DNA from: Eledone cirrhosa
Taxonomy: Eukaryota
Assembly (NCBI GenBank): GCA_964016885.1
Contig: OZ024743.1
Coordinates: forward strand, 359,290,001-359,354,000
Reading direction: 5' to 3'
Length of the DNA stretch: 64,000 nt
Shown here: piece after piece, positions 12,176 to 25,178 of the stretch
Numbering within the stretch: the first letter of the stretch is position 1
Layout: every line of letters begins with the position of its first letter
The notes under the pieces: model-generated
Databases searched by the model: none
What the model saw: the letters and a program-made list of their open reading frames with translations, nothing else
Told to the model about the DNA's origin: nothing
Position numbers and translations under genes: made by a program

Positions 12176-13269
12176 CAATGTCAGATTTTCCCGTGATGTG
12201 ATCAGCCTGGTGCGCATTTGATCAGATATTTCCAGTCAATTTTGTTTCCTCACAGGTTTCTTAACAATACCTGCTTTGGAAAATTTCTATTTCTTAAATG
12301 TAAATAATATATAGGTGCCAAAACTAGATTAGTGACTCCGACTTACTCACAAGTTTTTAATAATGCTTAATTTGTAGAGATCTCGAAGGTGCGGATTAAG
12401 ATTATCTCAAAGAAAACATTTTTTGTACGCAATATTCAGTTCTTGAAAATACATTGCATTCCTGTAGAAAATCTATGACATATACTCCCTACAATAAAAT
12501 ATATTTCAAAATTTCATCAGCATTATCTTCATCTAAACCTTCAAAAATGTATGTTTGCAAAGTTTTATTTAAAAATATGTATTATTAAGATAATTATATG
12601 GAAACAAATTATAAGTCATATAAGATACACAGCGTATTCAGTACGTCAGATAAGATGGCCAACTTATAGAATCTATATATAAATTTGAGCGACTTCCGTC
12701 CGTCTCACAATGTATGTGTGTGAATGTATGTGTGTAAAGGAAAGAAGATGATGGTGAAAAAACTATAGCAACACTGCAGCTGGCGTTCCATTTGATACGC
12801 TGTGTGTGAGTCTATGTGTATGTGTGTATTTATGTAAATGTATGTGTGTGTGAATGAATGTGTGTGTTTGTGTGAATGTATGTGTATTTATGGGAATGTA
12901 TGTCTGTGAGTGTGTATTTTTGTGTGTCTGTGTTTGCGCGTTTATATTTATATACTCATACATATAAATGCACATACGCATCAGTGAGTTGAAAATAATT
13001 CTAGTATGTTTATATCTCTCATTTACACAAATTATCTTGGAAGACAGAATACTAAAAATATTGTTCAAATCTGTTGTCAATTCTCCAGGTCTGAAGGTCG
13101 TCACTTTTGTTAAAAAGAAATCTTCTAATAAAGGGTAATAATCAAGTTGATCTTTGCACAATAGCTACAGCCAGCTGTTGAGTAACTGCGGCGAGTGACA
13201 CTGAGATTTCTTTAATTTCAGTCCACACGCACACACACAATGCGCGCACTCTTAATCTATATATATAAA

Positions 13270-13790
13270 TAATATATATATAAATTAAAATTAAGAATTA
13301 GAAATAGAAGCCAGGACTATCCATCATCAGTGGTCTACTAGCTATCATAGGTATTTCTTCGCATTAAAGACCAGATACCTCAGGCTAGCGCGAACAATAA
13401 CTAAAATAAGTTATTGGGATAAAAAGAATTGGGTGGAGAAAGAGAGACAGGTAAACAAACACGAATGGCAAGGCAACGGAAAGAGAGGAAAAAAATGAGA
13501 AAATCAAGTCAATGATTCATTTGAACATAAGAACTTGCGAATATTGACGAGAAGACGAAAGACACATCTTAATCATGCGAAAGTAAGCGAGCAAAGAATT
13601 TTGTACGGTGTGGAACGATGGAGGAAGTGAGAGAGAGGGTGAGTAGCAGAGAGTGAGTGATTGAAAGTGTGAGGAAGAGGCTAGCCGAGAGAGGGTGACT
13701 AACAAAGAAAGTGCGATAAGGAACCAGGTGGACCATAAGGCAGCAGAGTACTCGATACTTAGAGCAGTAGAGTGGGTAATAGGAAAATAG
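13270..13790 (-). mobile_element. Non-coding PLE-type terminal element (family A) with 5' half of an HHR
   Basis: 13703-13787 matches 24465-24550 and 28990-29075. The minus strand ends GACCA-CTGATGA-TGGATAG..CTATTTCT..(TA)n. Confidence 0.55.
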
Positions 13791-13791
13791 T

Positions 13792-14006
13792 ATTTTTCTT
13801 TGACTGGTTTGTCATTTGGCTGTGGCTGTGACCATACAGGGGCACGACCATAAAGGGTTAACTCGATTATATCGACACAGGTATATATCATTGAATTGAT
13901 AAGTTTAGTATATCTGTTTATCATCTTTTGTCGAATTGCTACGTGACATGATGGCATAGATGTTAACACGAACACAGACACACACTCAAACACGTACACG
14001 TACATA

Positions 14007-14010
<4 letters not shown>
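13792..14010 (-). mobile_element. SINE-like 3' fragment (inverted near-copy at 28240-28447)
   Basis: Reverse complement closely matches 28240-28447, including the adjoining CATATGTACGTGTACGTG and (TA)n. Confidence 0.7.
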
Positions 14011-14085
<75 letters not shown>

Positions 14086-14409
14086 CATACAATAACAGAG
14101 ATAGCTTAAAGCTAAACTCCGACTGGTAACCATCTCATTCAACAAACATTAGGTTATATGTTAGTATAAACCCAATTTAAGTGTTTGGGGTTCTAACTAT
14201 ATGTATTTTGTGGAAAGCCAGTTGTATTATTTTATGAGATATAATTAAAGTTAAAATATATCTCTCTTTCAAAACAATTGTTTCATTATAAGTTTTCTAC
14301 AAATTGGGAGAATGTTTCCAGTTTATGTAGAAGCCTAACATATATTCATGTAAGAATATATTTAGGTGGGCACTTATAAATCTTCAGTGGAAGCCCATTA
14401 AACTTTGTT

Positions 14410-14571
<162 letters not shown>

Positions 14572-14761
14572 ATTGGTTATGCACGAGTGCATTAAGGTTT
14601 TCCAGGACACAGTGTTATGTACCGTGTAGGGGAAGGTCAGCTTACAACAGAGTGGTGCTCAACGAAATGCAGAAAATAGGTGTATATTCCAGTTTAGCTA
14701 TACTCCGGGGCGTGTATAAAGAATCAAAAAGAACAGAAAGATGCAGTAAAAGAGATTTATT

Positions 14762-14892
14762 CGGTTCTAACGTACGTTTCAATAGACATCAATTTGCCTA
14801 GATCTCGCTGCATCTATAACATTATATAGTTAGTAGAGCATTCGACATCCAATCCACAATCGATTCCATATCATCAGAGATTATGTTTACCG
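14762..14892 (-). ncRNA. Type I hammerhead with ~90-nt helix II
   Basis: CGGT..TCT-CTGATGA-[ATGGA/TCTAT, ATCGATT/AATTGAT long hairpin]-GAAA-CGTACG-TT-AGA-ACCG. Confidence 0.7.
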
Positions 14893-15263
14893 TACCAGAA
14901 TGTTCAGGTTTTTATAGGAATTCATGTGAAGTTGAAGTAGAGAAGAAGGAGGATGTGACAAAGACGAGAGAGATAGGGGGGTTTTTCATGGTTGTTGAGG
15001 TAAAACAGAGGGGAGGATAAAATACGATAATGAAGTCTAGATATGGACTAGTCCAACTGTGTGTGTGCTAGGGAGATGGTAGACGTTGATAGGTTTATGA
15101 TCTATGATAGATGGAGGCAGGGGAGATTAGGCCGAGTGACTTGTAAAGTATGTAGGAGGAGATGTTGAATAGGGGAGATGTGGTCAATAGAAGGCATAGC
15201 AATAATCCATGGGGACAGATAGAGAAGGTAGAAGGAAGATAGAGGAAAGCAGAAGTCGCAGGA

Positions 15264-17603
15264 TCAAATCAAGCCAGGTTTGTATTTCGAGAACGTAGCC
15301 TTGAGTCTGTGATTGCAATATAGAGTTCTTTCCGTTCTGTTGTTGAGAAGAGTATAATTCGATTTTAGTATGTAAAATAGCTCCATATTGCATAATCGGC
15401 AGTAAGGCTGGCCTGCACGATATGCGGAAGCACTAGAGAGTTTTGTCCATTTCAAAGTGTATTGCAGGTTACTTTCGCGCAACTGCCAAATTGTATTGGC
15501 TAAGGTAGTTACGGAACAGTATTTGATGTTCTTCATCGAACTACGGTGTTGGTACCAACGAGATTTAAAAGTGGTAGAAGTACAGCCGATATAGTGCCAT
15601 CTCCGGTTATCCGATTCAACGGTGCATTAATACACCATATTGGATTCCATGCATTTGTTATTCAGAGGGCAACGATCAGGTAGGTTGCAGTTGCACTTAT
15701 CAGCTCTTGTAGTATTATTATCTTCTACAGGTTGCGTTAGGTTTATATGTGTGTCTGCTGCAGGAGGGTTTATATTCAGTGGTTGAGAGTTTGAGGAAGT
15801 GTTAATGTAGTTTGGGGTGCTTCGTGTGGATGTGCTGACTAATCGTTTGGAGTTAAGTTTTTTAATAATTAGATCGAGATTGGGTGCTGTAGAATATGAA
15901 AGCTTAATGGACCTTAGATTTAGTATTTTAGCGTATCGATGTGCAGGAGGAAAATGTGTTTTGATTAAATTGAAGAAAAGTGAAGAAATTTTAGATGTTG
16001 AGGCATTGTATATTGGGTTGTACTAAAGGTAGCTACGATTCCGCTTTCTAGCTAGGTTGGGTTGTGTGCTTCTATTTCGACTATGCCTGTGGGGAAAGTG
16101 TATGTTGTGTATCGTACCTATATTATTGTTTATGCTAGTGCGTTGTGAACCCTTATTTCTATATTGGTGTGCTGGATCTATGTACTCTATTTTTGTCTTG
16201 GTATCCAGCCGCCTTAAGCGCGTTGTTATAGTAGTAAGCGTGCTCACTAAAGACCTGGGGGGTAGATGACAGGCGTGATATTCTAAGGGAGATGGCCCGA
16301 GGGATAGACCGTATAACCGAGGGTGGATGATTAGATTTGTGGTCAACATACATAATATTTTCATTAGATTTATGGAATGGCCGGATTTCCCCCGTCTCTA
16401 GATTAAATGTTACATCCAAGAAATTTGTTTCAGTCAGGTTGTACTCAAAAGTAATGCTAAAACCAAGACTGTTTAAAAATTCGCTAACTTGCTTACGTAA
16501 TCTTTCTATTTTCTGGTTGTTTAGGTGTTTAGCTAAAAGGAGCGCATCGTCGCGGTAGATTCCCCTTGTAGATTGCGGAATTTTTTCCCTAGTGCTTGAG
16601 CGATGAAGATGCCCACTAGGTCTGTAACTTCGGCAGAATCGTTTGAGCCCATCGTGATATCAAAGAAAGATGGTCGATCTTTGCGCACCCAGTAGCTATC
16701 ATCGAACTTAATTATGGTTTTTCTGGCCTCAAGGATGATGCCTATTTCCGCGTCGGTTAGGTCAGAATTCTCTCCGGCAAACATTAGGGTCTTATGCAGG
16801 GTATCGGGTGATATGGAAGAGTAGTAGTCGTTTATGTCGAATTGGATAAATTTTTATTCATCCCTATCCTTGATATTACTAAACCAACATACCGCCTCCT
16901 CAGTATTTGCCCAGAGTTTTATGCCAGTTATCCGTTTTAACTGGGGGATTACTCTATCTAATATATATTTACTTACTCTACCTATATCCGATTTCGATGG
17001 GCATATTAGTCTAATCTGGGGGTTTGCATGGAAATTGACTTTGTGGTCCTTTAAATTAAAGGATGGGGTCGCTGGAATTATTGGTTCTGTCCTGTCATCT
17101 ATACCCAGGTTCTTAACTATTTTGTGTGCCTCATTGTTAATATGTATAAGAGTAGATTTACCTGTTTTTTTGTACTTCTTGTGTAGTTCAGTACGGATGA
17201 AGTTATTATAGGTGTTTACATCTAGGGTGTACACGTTGGATGTTTTATCGGCCTTAATGATAATCCCACTGGTATTATTAAGTTTGTGGACCAGAGCTTT
17301 GATGTTCTTTTGTAGTGTATTTTCCTTTCGGCGGTAAAATTTAACTCTCGTAATAGTGTTTAGAAGGTCTTGTTCAAAGGCGTCAAGAAGAGGGTTAGAC
17401 GGAGGGTTTTTGCAGGATCTAAATCCATAAGATTGCGTATCTGAGTTGGACTTCTGGTTATTACGGCCCATGTCGAAATGAAAAGCACTCCATCTGACAC
17501 GGTGGATAAAGTCATTGGTGCGTCGAATCATCCCCAAAGTATATTCTCTTTTATCCGGTACGGGTATGTTCCTAAGAGACATACCTATATGGTGCCTTTC
17601 CAT
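15264..17603 (-). pseudogene. PLE reverse transcriptase/GIY-YIG endonuclease ORF, disrupted by a few frameshifts and stops
   Basis: MSLRNIPVP..KADKTSN..FDITMGSNDSAEVTDLVG..IYRDDAL..FLDVTFNL..SNHPP..CNCNLPDRCPLNNKC..HYIGCT..FKSRWYQH..CRLCNME. Confidence 0.9.
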
Positions 17604-18059
17604 TCTTGGGTTGTAAGCTGGTTTGGTTGCTCGACAATGTAGGAGGAAGATAGGCTACGTTCTCGAAATACAAACCTGGCTTGATTTGATCCTGAGACTT
17701 CTGCTTTCCTCTATCTTCCTTCTACCTTCTCTATCTGTCCCCATGGATTATTGCTATGCCTTCTATTGACCACATCTCCCCTATTCAACATCTCCTCCTA
17801 CATACTTTACAAGTCACTCGGCCTAATCTCCCCTGCCTCCATCTATCATAGATCATAAACCTATCAACGTCTACCATCTCCCTAGCACACACACAGTTGG
17901 ACTAGTCCATATCTAGACTTCATTATCGTATTTTATCCTCCCCTCTGTTTTACCTCAACAACCATGAAAAACCCCCTATCTCTCTCGTCTTTGTCACATC
18001 CTCCTTCTTCTCTACTTCAACTTCACATGAATTCCTATAAAAACCTGAACATTCTGGTA

Positions 18060-18190
18060 CGGTAAACATAATCTCTGATGATATGGAATCGATTGTGCAT
18101 TGGATGTCGAATGGTCTACTAACTATATAATATTATATATGCAGCGAGATCTAGGCAAATTGATGTCTATTGAAACGTACGTTGGAACCG
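18060..18190 (+). ncRNA. Type I hammerhead with 90-nt helix II (inverted-arm copy)
   Basis: CTGATGA at 18075-18081, GAAA at 18172-18175, palindromic helix III AACGTACGTT. Confidence 0.7.
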
Positions 18191-18230
18191 AATAAATCTC
18201 TTTTACTGCATCTTTCTGTTCTTTTTGATT

Positions 18231-18344
<114 letters not shown>

Positions 18345-18670
18345 ATGATATTAATAACTGGACAACTATATTTATAAAACCATATTTATTTCATTATATA
18401 TATTTCAAGGGTACCAAAAACTTTGGCACGCTCTCATTAGATAAAATACAAAATTTGTTTAATAAAAAGTGACATACCCCAGAAACCAGACCTTATCGGT
18501 TCGGGTTCCGTTTGGTACCCTTGAAATATATATAATAAAATAAATATGGTTTTATAAATAGAGTTTTCCATTTAATATCAATGATATTATACTCCAGGAA
18601 ACTTGTTGAGTGCTTCGAATCGGTTATACATAAATTAGTTGAATTTACCAACAAATTAAATATCTCTTTG
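18345..18670. mobile_element. Fold-back non-autonomous PLE derivative (family B) in (TA)n
   Basis: Inverted arms at about 18347-18417 and 18511-18585. Minus-strand CTAATGA..GGTACCCTT-GAAA-TATATA-TA-ATGAA is a degenerate HHR. 18453-18670 recurs at 26802-27020. Confidence 0.7.
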
Positions 18671-18719
<49 letters not shown>

Positions 18720-18789
18720 AACCAGTAAGACCCCGACAGCTGAGCTCAATATATATATGTATATATATATATATATATATATGCAAAAG

Positions 18790-19131
18790 TTCTATTTAAA
18801 TTGTTGGGATACAACAAGCAAATATTTTTATAACTGATATAAAGCACACGACAAGAATTTGGAGTAAATATACGATATTAATAATTGGAAACTATATTTA
18901 TAAAACCATATTTATTTCATTATACATACTTCAAGGATACCATGTTAAATTATGGTATGCCTTCATCAGTAACGGTTGCATTTTGAAAGGGTACGTCAAT
19001 GTTTATTTATAAAACTGGTATATATTGTATTTTCTCTGATGAAGGCATACCATAATTTAACATGGTATCCTTGAAATATGTATAATGAAATAAATATGGT
19101 TATATAAATATAGTTTCCATTTATTAATATC

Positions 19132-19133
<2 letters not shown>
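18790..19133. mobile_element. Fold-back non-autonomous PLE derivative (family B)
   Basis: About 98-bp inverted arms at 18872-18970 and 19036-19133, each with an HHR core. A related copy lies at 25470-25730. Confidence 0.8.
19028..19092 (+). ncRNA. Type I hammerhead ribozyme
   Basis: TATTTTCT-CTGATGA-AGGCATACCATaatttaacATGGTATCCTT-GAAA-TATGTA-TA-ATGAAATA. Confidence 0.75.
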
Positions 19134-19187
<54 letters not shown>

Positions 19188-19259
19188 TCGAAAACGAGTT
19201 GGCAGCCACCATATATGTACGTATGTAATTATATATATATATATATATGTACGTATATA

Positions 19260-19406
<147 letters not shown>

Positions 19407-19462
19407 ATATATATATATACGTACATATATATATATATATATAATTATATACGTACATATAT

Positions 19463-20065
19463 GGTACCTGCCAACTTGTTTTCGAGTAAGGCCACTACTT
19501 TATATCCATGTAGGAGAACCCCTACCGATGCGCTGAACGAGTGTGACTTTTTAGTCCAGCCAGCGACTTGAAAAGTCTGGTACAAACACTACACTTGTGA
19601 CAATAATTGACACATAGTGCTGGGCCCATGGTACCATGTGACGACAAGTGCAGACAGATCTCCAGATATAAAGCAATGCCTGTGCCGTGAAGCTTTTATA
19701 GTGAGCAAAGGCACTGCACAAAGCCAGTCCCACTCTCTTAACCAAGATGATATTTACCAAAAAGAAGAACAAGTCAACATCATTGGATACCATCAGGGTT
19801 GCAGGTGTTAATCAGAGTTTTCCTTCTAGACATCTGCCTTGACAAAGGCTAAGGTGTCATCTCTCCCGGTGATTTTGGATGGCCATTACTCTTAAGTGTT
19901 CCTTTGCCCTTTGACAGGTTTTGTTTTTAGTCCTGCAGGATGTCCAAAGTCACCCTCCTCACCAAGAAACCTTGGTGGGATTGCGAGTTTAGTCGCCAAC
20001 GACCCGACCATGAGACAGGTTGTACTGTGATAGATGTTACCAGTAGCACCAACTGGTGACCTGAC
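19463..20065 (-). mobile_element. Non-autonomous RTE-derived element, apparently full length (about 600 bp)
   Basis: Longest copy of the family at 7098, 42612 and 59934. It has an AGAAGGAAAACTCTGA RTE-5'UTR-type motif and the RTE 3' end. Confidence 0.9.
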
Positions 20066-20388
20066 ATACATATATATATATATATGACGTACATATATAT
20101 ATATATATATATACATACATATATATATACATACATACATATATATATATATACATATAAAATATATATATATGTATGTATATATATATATTTATATACA
20201 TCTATATATATAAATATATATATATATTTATGTATGTATATATATATATTTATATACATATATATATACATATATATATATATATATGTATGTATGTATA
20301 TAAATATACATATATATATATATACATATATAAATTAATAAAAACAATGAATAAAAACAAAGAAACAGTTCCTCATATTAAACAATTC

Positions 20389-20525
20389 ATCATTTTACGA
20401 TCGTTTCTAGGTTATATATGTGTGTGTTGGTATGTATATCATATAGATCTATGTAAAGGTTTTACAAACTATCAGAGGGAATATACATACCTACACATAT
20501 ATATGCTGTCTTCAGAAATAATGAT
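20389..20525 (-). ncRNA. Type I hammerhead with ~100-nt helix II (inverted-arm copy)
   Basis: Reverse complement of 23268-23404, with both core boxes intact. Confidence 0.75.
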
Positions 20526-23267
20526 ATTTGTTTATAAAAAAAAGCCCAACAAAGATTTAATATAATAAGTCTGTTTGGGAACAGGTTTTGAATTGACCAA
20601 TAGAAAAGTAGTAAGTGGTCAAGTTGATAGAATAGTAGTAGTAGAAATTTAATTTAGGGGTAGAGGAATGCAGACTTCAGTTTTGAATGGAAAGAGTATT
20701 TTGAATGAAAAGATTACTTTGGGGATGAAAATAGGTCAAGCCGGTGAATGGTAATGTTAAAATCTCAGGAGAATAAAATTTTACTATAAATGTGAAAAAT
20801 ATCAATCTTATTTAAAACAAGGAATATAGATCTATAAAAAGAAATTAAATTAATTTAATTGATAGGTATATTTATAGGGATAAATTTATATTAATTCATA
20901 TAGATATGATTAATAAGAGTGAGATGTTATTAAAGAATGTTGTTAAAAACGAAGGAAAAAAAATACATATAGTAATCTATTCGACATTACTATGGGCTCT
21001 AGCGATTCTGCCCAAATTACCGATCTTGTGTGCCTCTTTCTTCTATTTAACATAAATGCTTCTTTTCCCCACCTTAAAGGTGATTTATATCGTGATGACT
21101 GTCTTCTTCTTTCCACTAACCTTAGCCTATCAGAAATTGAAAAAAACTAAAAAAACTTATTAGAACTTTCCTCAAAGACTATTATAGTCTCACTATTACA
21201 TTCGAAAACACAAGTAAAGTAGTTAATTTCCTTGATATAACTTTAGACTTATCTACGGGTATCTACCAACCTTACCATAAACCTAACCAAAACTTACATT
21301 ACATACACTCAAAAGCTAATCACCCTAAATCTATCCTTAAAAACCTAGCATATAATATGTCACTCAGAATTTCTAATCTTTCCTCTAACCAGGACGTATT
21401 CGATAAAAATGCAACCTTTTACAACGAAGCTTTAGCTAGAAGCGGCCACAAAAACAAATTAGTATATATACCTTGTACCAAAAATACTACAAACATACAA
21501 CCCAACATTACCAACAAACACCAAATGAAATATACACACCTAAATGTCACTCACACTATACCCCAAAATACCAACTTAAAACTTAATTTCTCTACCGCTT
21601 CTAATATACAATATAATAACTTTCAAAAAACCATTCATCCTAATATTCCAATATATATGTTAATCACATTACTAACAAAATTCCTAATAATCAGACTAAA
21701 ACACCTAAATCAGCGAATCTAACTAAAAATATGTGTAATAAAATCACTAATACTAATTCTCTTAGTAAATATCAGGATACATCATATAATAATAAAAAAC
21801 AACATCGAAACCGTAATAGACGAGTTACTCCATTTAATCTACAAAGATAATATACCTAAACATTTTTTTTTAGTATCCTAGAGAAAAACTTCCCGCCAAA
21901 CCATAAATACCATCAAATTTTAAATAGATCAACGGTCAAATTCTCCTACTCAACGACCAAAAATATACAACAAAATATAAGTGCCTACAATGCATATAAA
22001 TGTAAAAAAACCATGAATATACACCAACACATCAAACTAACCATAATACTAAAATAAACCACAGCAAACTACCATCTCATTCACATACAACAAGTCGAGA
22101 AAATTTCATACCTAATTTGACTAACTCCCCTGATATAACATTCACGAAAGGTTGTAACTGTAGAAACAAAGCAAATTGCCCATTAAAAGGAAATTGCCTT
22201 ATTAATAACATAGTATATAAATGTAAAATTAGCACTAAGGACTCAACTTATTCATATATAGGAGCTACTTCTAACCAATTTAAAGTAAGATTTAATACCC
22301 ACAAACACAGTTTTAAAAATGACGCATTAGCTAATACAACATCCTTAGCTGAAATAATTAATAATTATAGAAAAAAGAATATCGATTATACCTTGACCTG
22401 GAGTGTGCTCAAAAGGGCCACCCCTTATCAAAATAATAGATATGAATGTAGATTATGTTCCCAGGAACTTTTTGAAATAATGAAATCTAAGGATATCCTA
22501 TTAAATAAGCGACAAGAATTAATTATATCATGCAATCATAGAATTAGAAAAACTTTCAAATATTATAAACCTAATTAATATACAATTATATTTTACAAAT
22601 TATTATAATTATTTTTTAAAAATTAGTTAACCTATAATTAATATTCTACTACTAAGAACTACATAATTTTATTTCCCTTTTACAGCTATCTTTCCCTAAA
22701 ATTTATACCAATAAGTATACATATAAACTATTTTAATTTCCTGTTATGAATCTAAATTCCTTATAATCTATATAAGTTTGTTATTTCTCACTAATACATT
22801 TATCCCCCTATCCCCCCCCCCCACAAAGAAATTTTTTCCTTCGTTTTTAACAACATTCTTTAATAACATCTAACTCTTATTTATCATATCTATATGAATT
22901 AATATAAATTTATCCCTATAAATATACCTATCAATTAAATTAATGTAATTTCTTTTTATAGATCTATATTCCTTATGTTTTAAATAAGATTGATATTTTT
23001 CACATTTATAGTAACATTTTATTCTCCTTAGATTTTAACATTACCATTCACCGGCTTGACCTATTTTCATCCCCAAAGTAATCTTTTCATTCAAAATACT
23101 CTTTCCATTCAAAACTGAAGTCTGCATTCCTCTACCCCTAAATTAAATTTCTACTACTACTATTCTATCAACTTGACCACTTACTACTTTTCTATTGGTC
23201 AATTCAAAACCTGTTCCCAAACAGACCTATTATATTAAATCTTTGTTTGTTTTTTCAATAAACAAAT

Positions 23268-23404
23268 ATCATTATTTCTGAAGACAGCATATATATGTGT
23301 AGGTATGTATATTCCCTCTGATAGTTTGTAAAACTTTTACATAGATCTATATGATATACATACCAACAGACACATATATATCCTAGAAACGATCGTAAAA
23401 TGAT
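23268..23404 (+). ncRNA. Type I hammerhead with 101-nt helix II
   Basis: ATCATTATTT-CTGAAGA(23278)-[ATATATGTGT/ACACATATAT, GGTATGTATAT/ATATACATACC]-GAAA(23386)-CGATCG-TA-AAATGAT. Confidence 0.78.
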
Positions 23405-23574
23405 GAATTTTTTAATATAAGGAACTGTTTCTTTGTTTTTATTCATTGTTTTTATTAATTTATCTTGACTCCGTTTTCATGTGTTCTTCATCGAAAAAAT
23501 TTTGAATACATCTTCTCTTTTCATGATATTTGGATTACATTGGACACTACCGTATATTTTGGTAGATTTATCTA

Positions 23575-23620
<46 letters not shown>

Positions 23621-23829
23621 TAAGTATTAATAAAATAAATGTTCTTTTGATCAATTACATTTTATTATACATATTTCGGATGTACAACAGTACATCCTAA
23701 TCATATATGTATTAATACTTATATTTTAATATTAATAACTCCTGAAAATTATTTCTCCTTGAGTGCTTCCAATCTACTGTAAAACTCATTCTTTCACATA
23801 ATCATCGAATATTGTATAACAACTTAATA

Positions 23830-23898
<69 letters not shown>

Positions 23899-23899
<1 letters not shown>

Positions 23900-24445
23900 T
23901 ATGATAAAGAATACAAGAGCGTAGCATGCTGCCAATCAATTATAATCATACACACAAGGTGGACAGGTTATAAGGATTATTTAGCTCAACCGGGGGGAGC
24001 CGTAGAAATACTTAGGTTAATAGGAGTTAGGTATTGTATACCCGTGTCCCATTAAGGTATTGGCAGCATAATAATTAGCTCTATGCTTTGGAGCAGAGCC
24101 GTATATATGATAAAGAACACAAGAGCGTAGCATGCTGCCAATCAATTATAATCATACACACAAGGTGGACAGGTTATAAGGATTTAGCTCAACCGGGGGG
24201 AGCCGTAGAAATACTTAGGTTAATAGGAGTTAGGTATTGTATACCCGTGTCCCATTAAGGTATTGGCAGCATAATAATTAGCTCTATGCTTTGGAGCAGA
24301 GCCGTATATATGATAAAGAACACAAGAGCGTAGCATGCTGCCAATCAATTATAATCATACACACAAGGTGGACAGGTTATAAGGATTTAGCTCAACCGGG
24401 GGGAGCCGTAGAAATACTTAGGTTAATAGGAGTTAGGTATTGTAT
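23899..24445. repeat. Tandem repeat of about 203 bp, 2.7 units, inside (TA)n
   Basis: GATAAAGAA starts at 23903, 24109 and 24312, and the units are nearly identical. Confidence 0.95.
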
Positions 24446-24599
24446 ATATATATATATATATAACAAAGGAATTGTGGTAAGGAACCAGATAGACCATAAC
24501 GCACCAGAGTACTCAATACTTAGGGTAGTAGAGTGGGAAATAGGAAAAAGTATGACCCTGATGGCAGAGCTCAAGCCGTTTCGACGGCTATATACGTAC

Positions 24600-24666
<67 letters not shown>

Positions 24667-24940
24667 AATATATAAACGGAAAAAATGAAACGAAATTTCA
24701 TTTCCCACCCTTAGTACGGCTGTTACTTAAATATAAGTATGTACACGTACATACATATATGTATACAGACGTACAGTAGTATGTATATATATATATATAC
24801 ATGCACACATATATATATATGTACGTATGGATTCACCGAACATTTATTATAATGCTCGGTGTGTTTGTAAACAAACATCCCGTATTAAGCCGTAGTGTCC
24901 AGCAACCATCGTTGCTCGTTTGTTCAATACTGACAAAGGA

Positions 24941-24983
24941 ACGCTGTACTAGTTTCGAGCTTATTAGCTATCGTCAGCAACGT
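24941..24983 (-). ncRNA. Minimal type I hammerhead
   Basis: ACGTTG-CTGACGA-TAGCtaataaGCTC-GAAA-CTAG-TA-CAGCGT. Confidence 0.85.
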
Positions 24984-25135
24984 ATACCTTCCTGCCAGAT
25001 TGTTGAACGTATATACTTACCTTATCATTTTCGGTGCACCCGGCCGATTAACCCACTTGATATGCAAATTGGGCTACTCAGCCGTTAATATGCATAAGGT
25101 AAGTATATACGTTCAACAATCTGGCAGGAAGGTAT

Positions 25136-25178
25136 ACGTTGCTGACGATAGCTAATAAGCTTGAAACTAGTACAGCGT
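25136..25178 (+). ncRNA. Minimal type I hammerhead
   Basis: ACGTTG-CTGACGA-TAGCtaataaGCTT-GAAA-CTAG-TA-CAGCGT. Confidence 0.85.

Larger units (their letters stand above)
20330..23462 (+). mobile_element. 5'-truncated Penelope-like element (same clade as 14716-18235) with inverted ~630-bp arms
   Basis: FDITMGSSDSAQITDLV..LYRDD..FLDITLDL..NHP (20980-21480) and GIY-YIG ORF 22117-22578 (CNCRNKANCPLKGNCL..YIGAT..FKVRFNTH..CRLC). Arms are 20332-20962 and 22835-23461. Confidence 0.9.

Noticed and set aside
15264-17603. Naiad/Chlamys-type or selenoprotein-encoding PLE
   Set aside because: The endonuclease is C-terminal, not N-terminal, and the lesions are frameshifts or TAA rather than conserved in-frame TGA at Cys positions.
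19551-19811. Recurrent 64-80 aa ORFs (MVSNDVDLFFF.., MLGPWYHV.., MYQSFQVAG..) seen at several loci
   Set aside because: They are incidental frames of the same non-autonomous repeat, not a gene family.
19900-20065. HDV-like ribozyme in the head of the RTE-derived element
   Set aside because: HDV-like ribozymes are known from RTE 5' ends, but I could not assign the nested double pseudoknot by eye. It needs a descriptor search.
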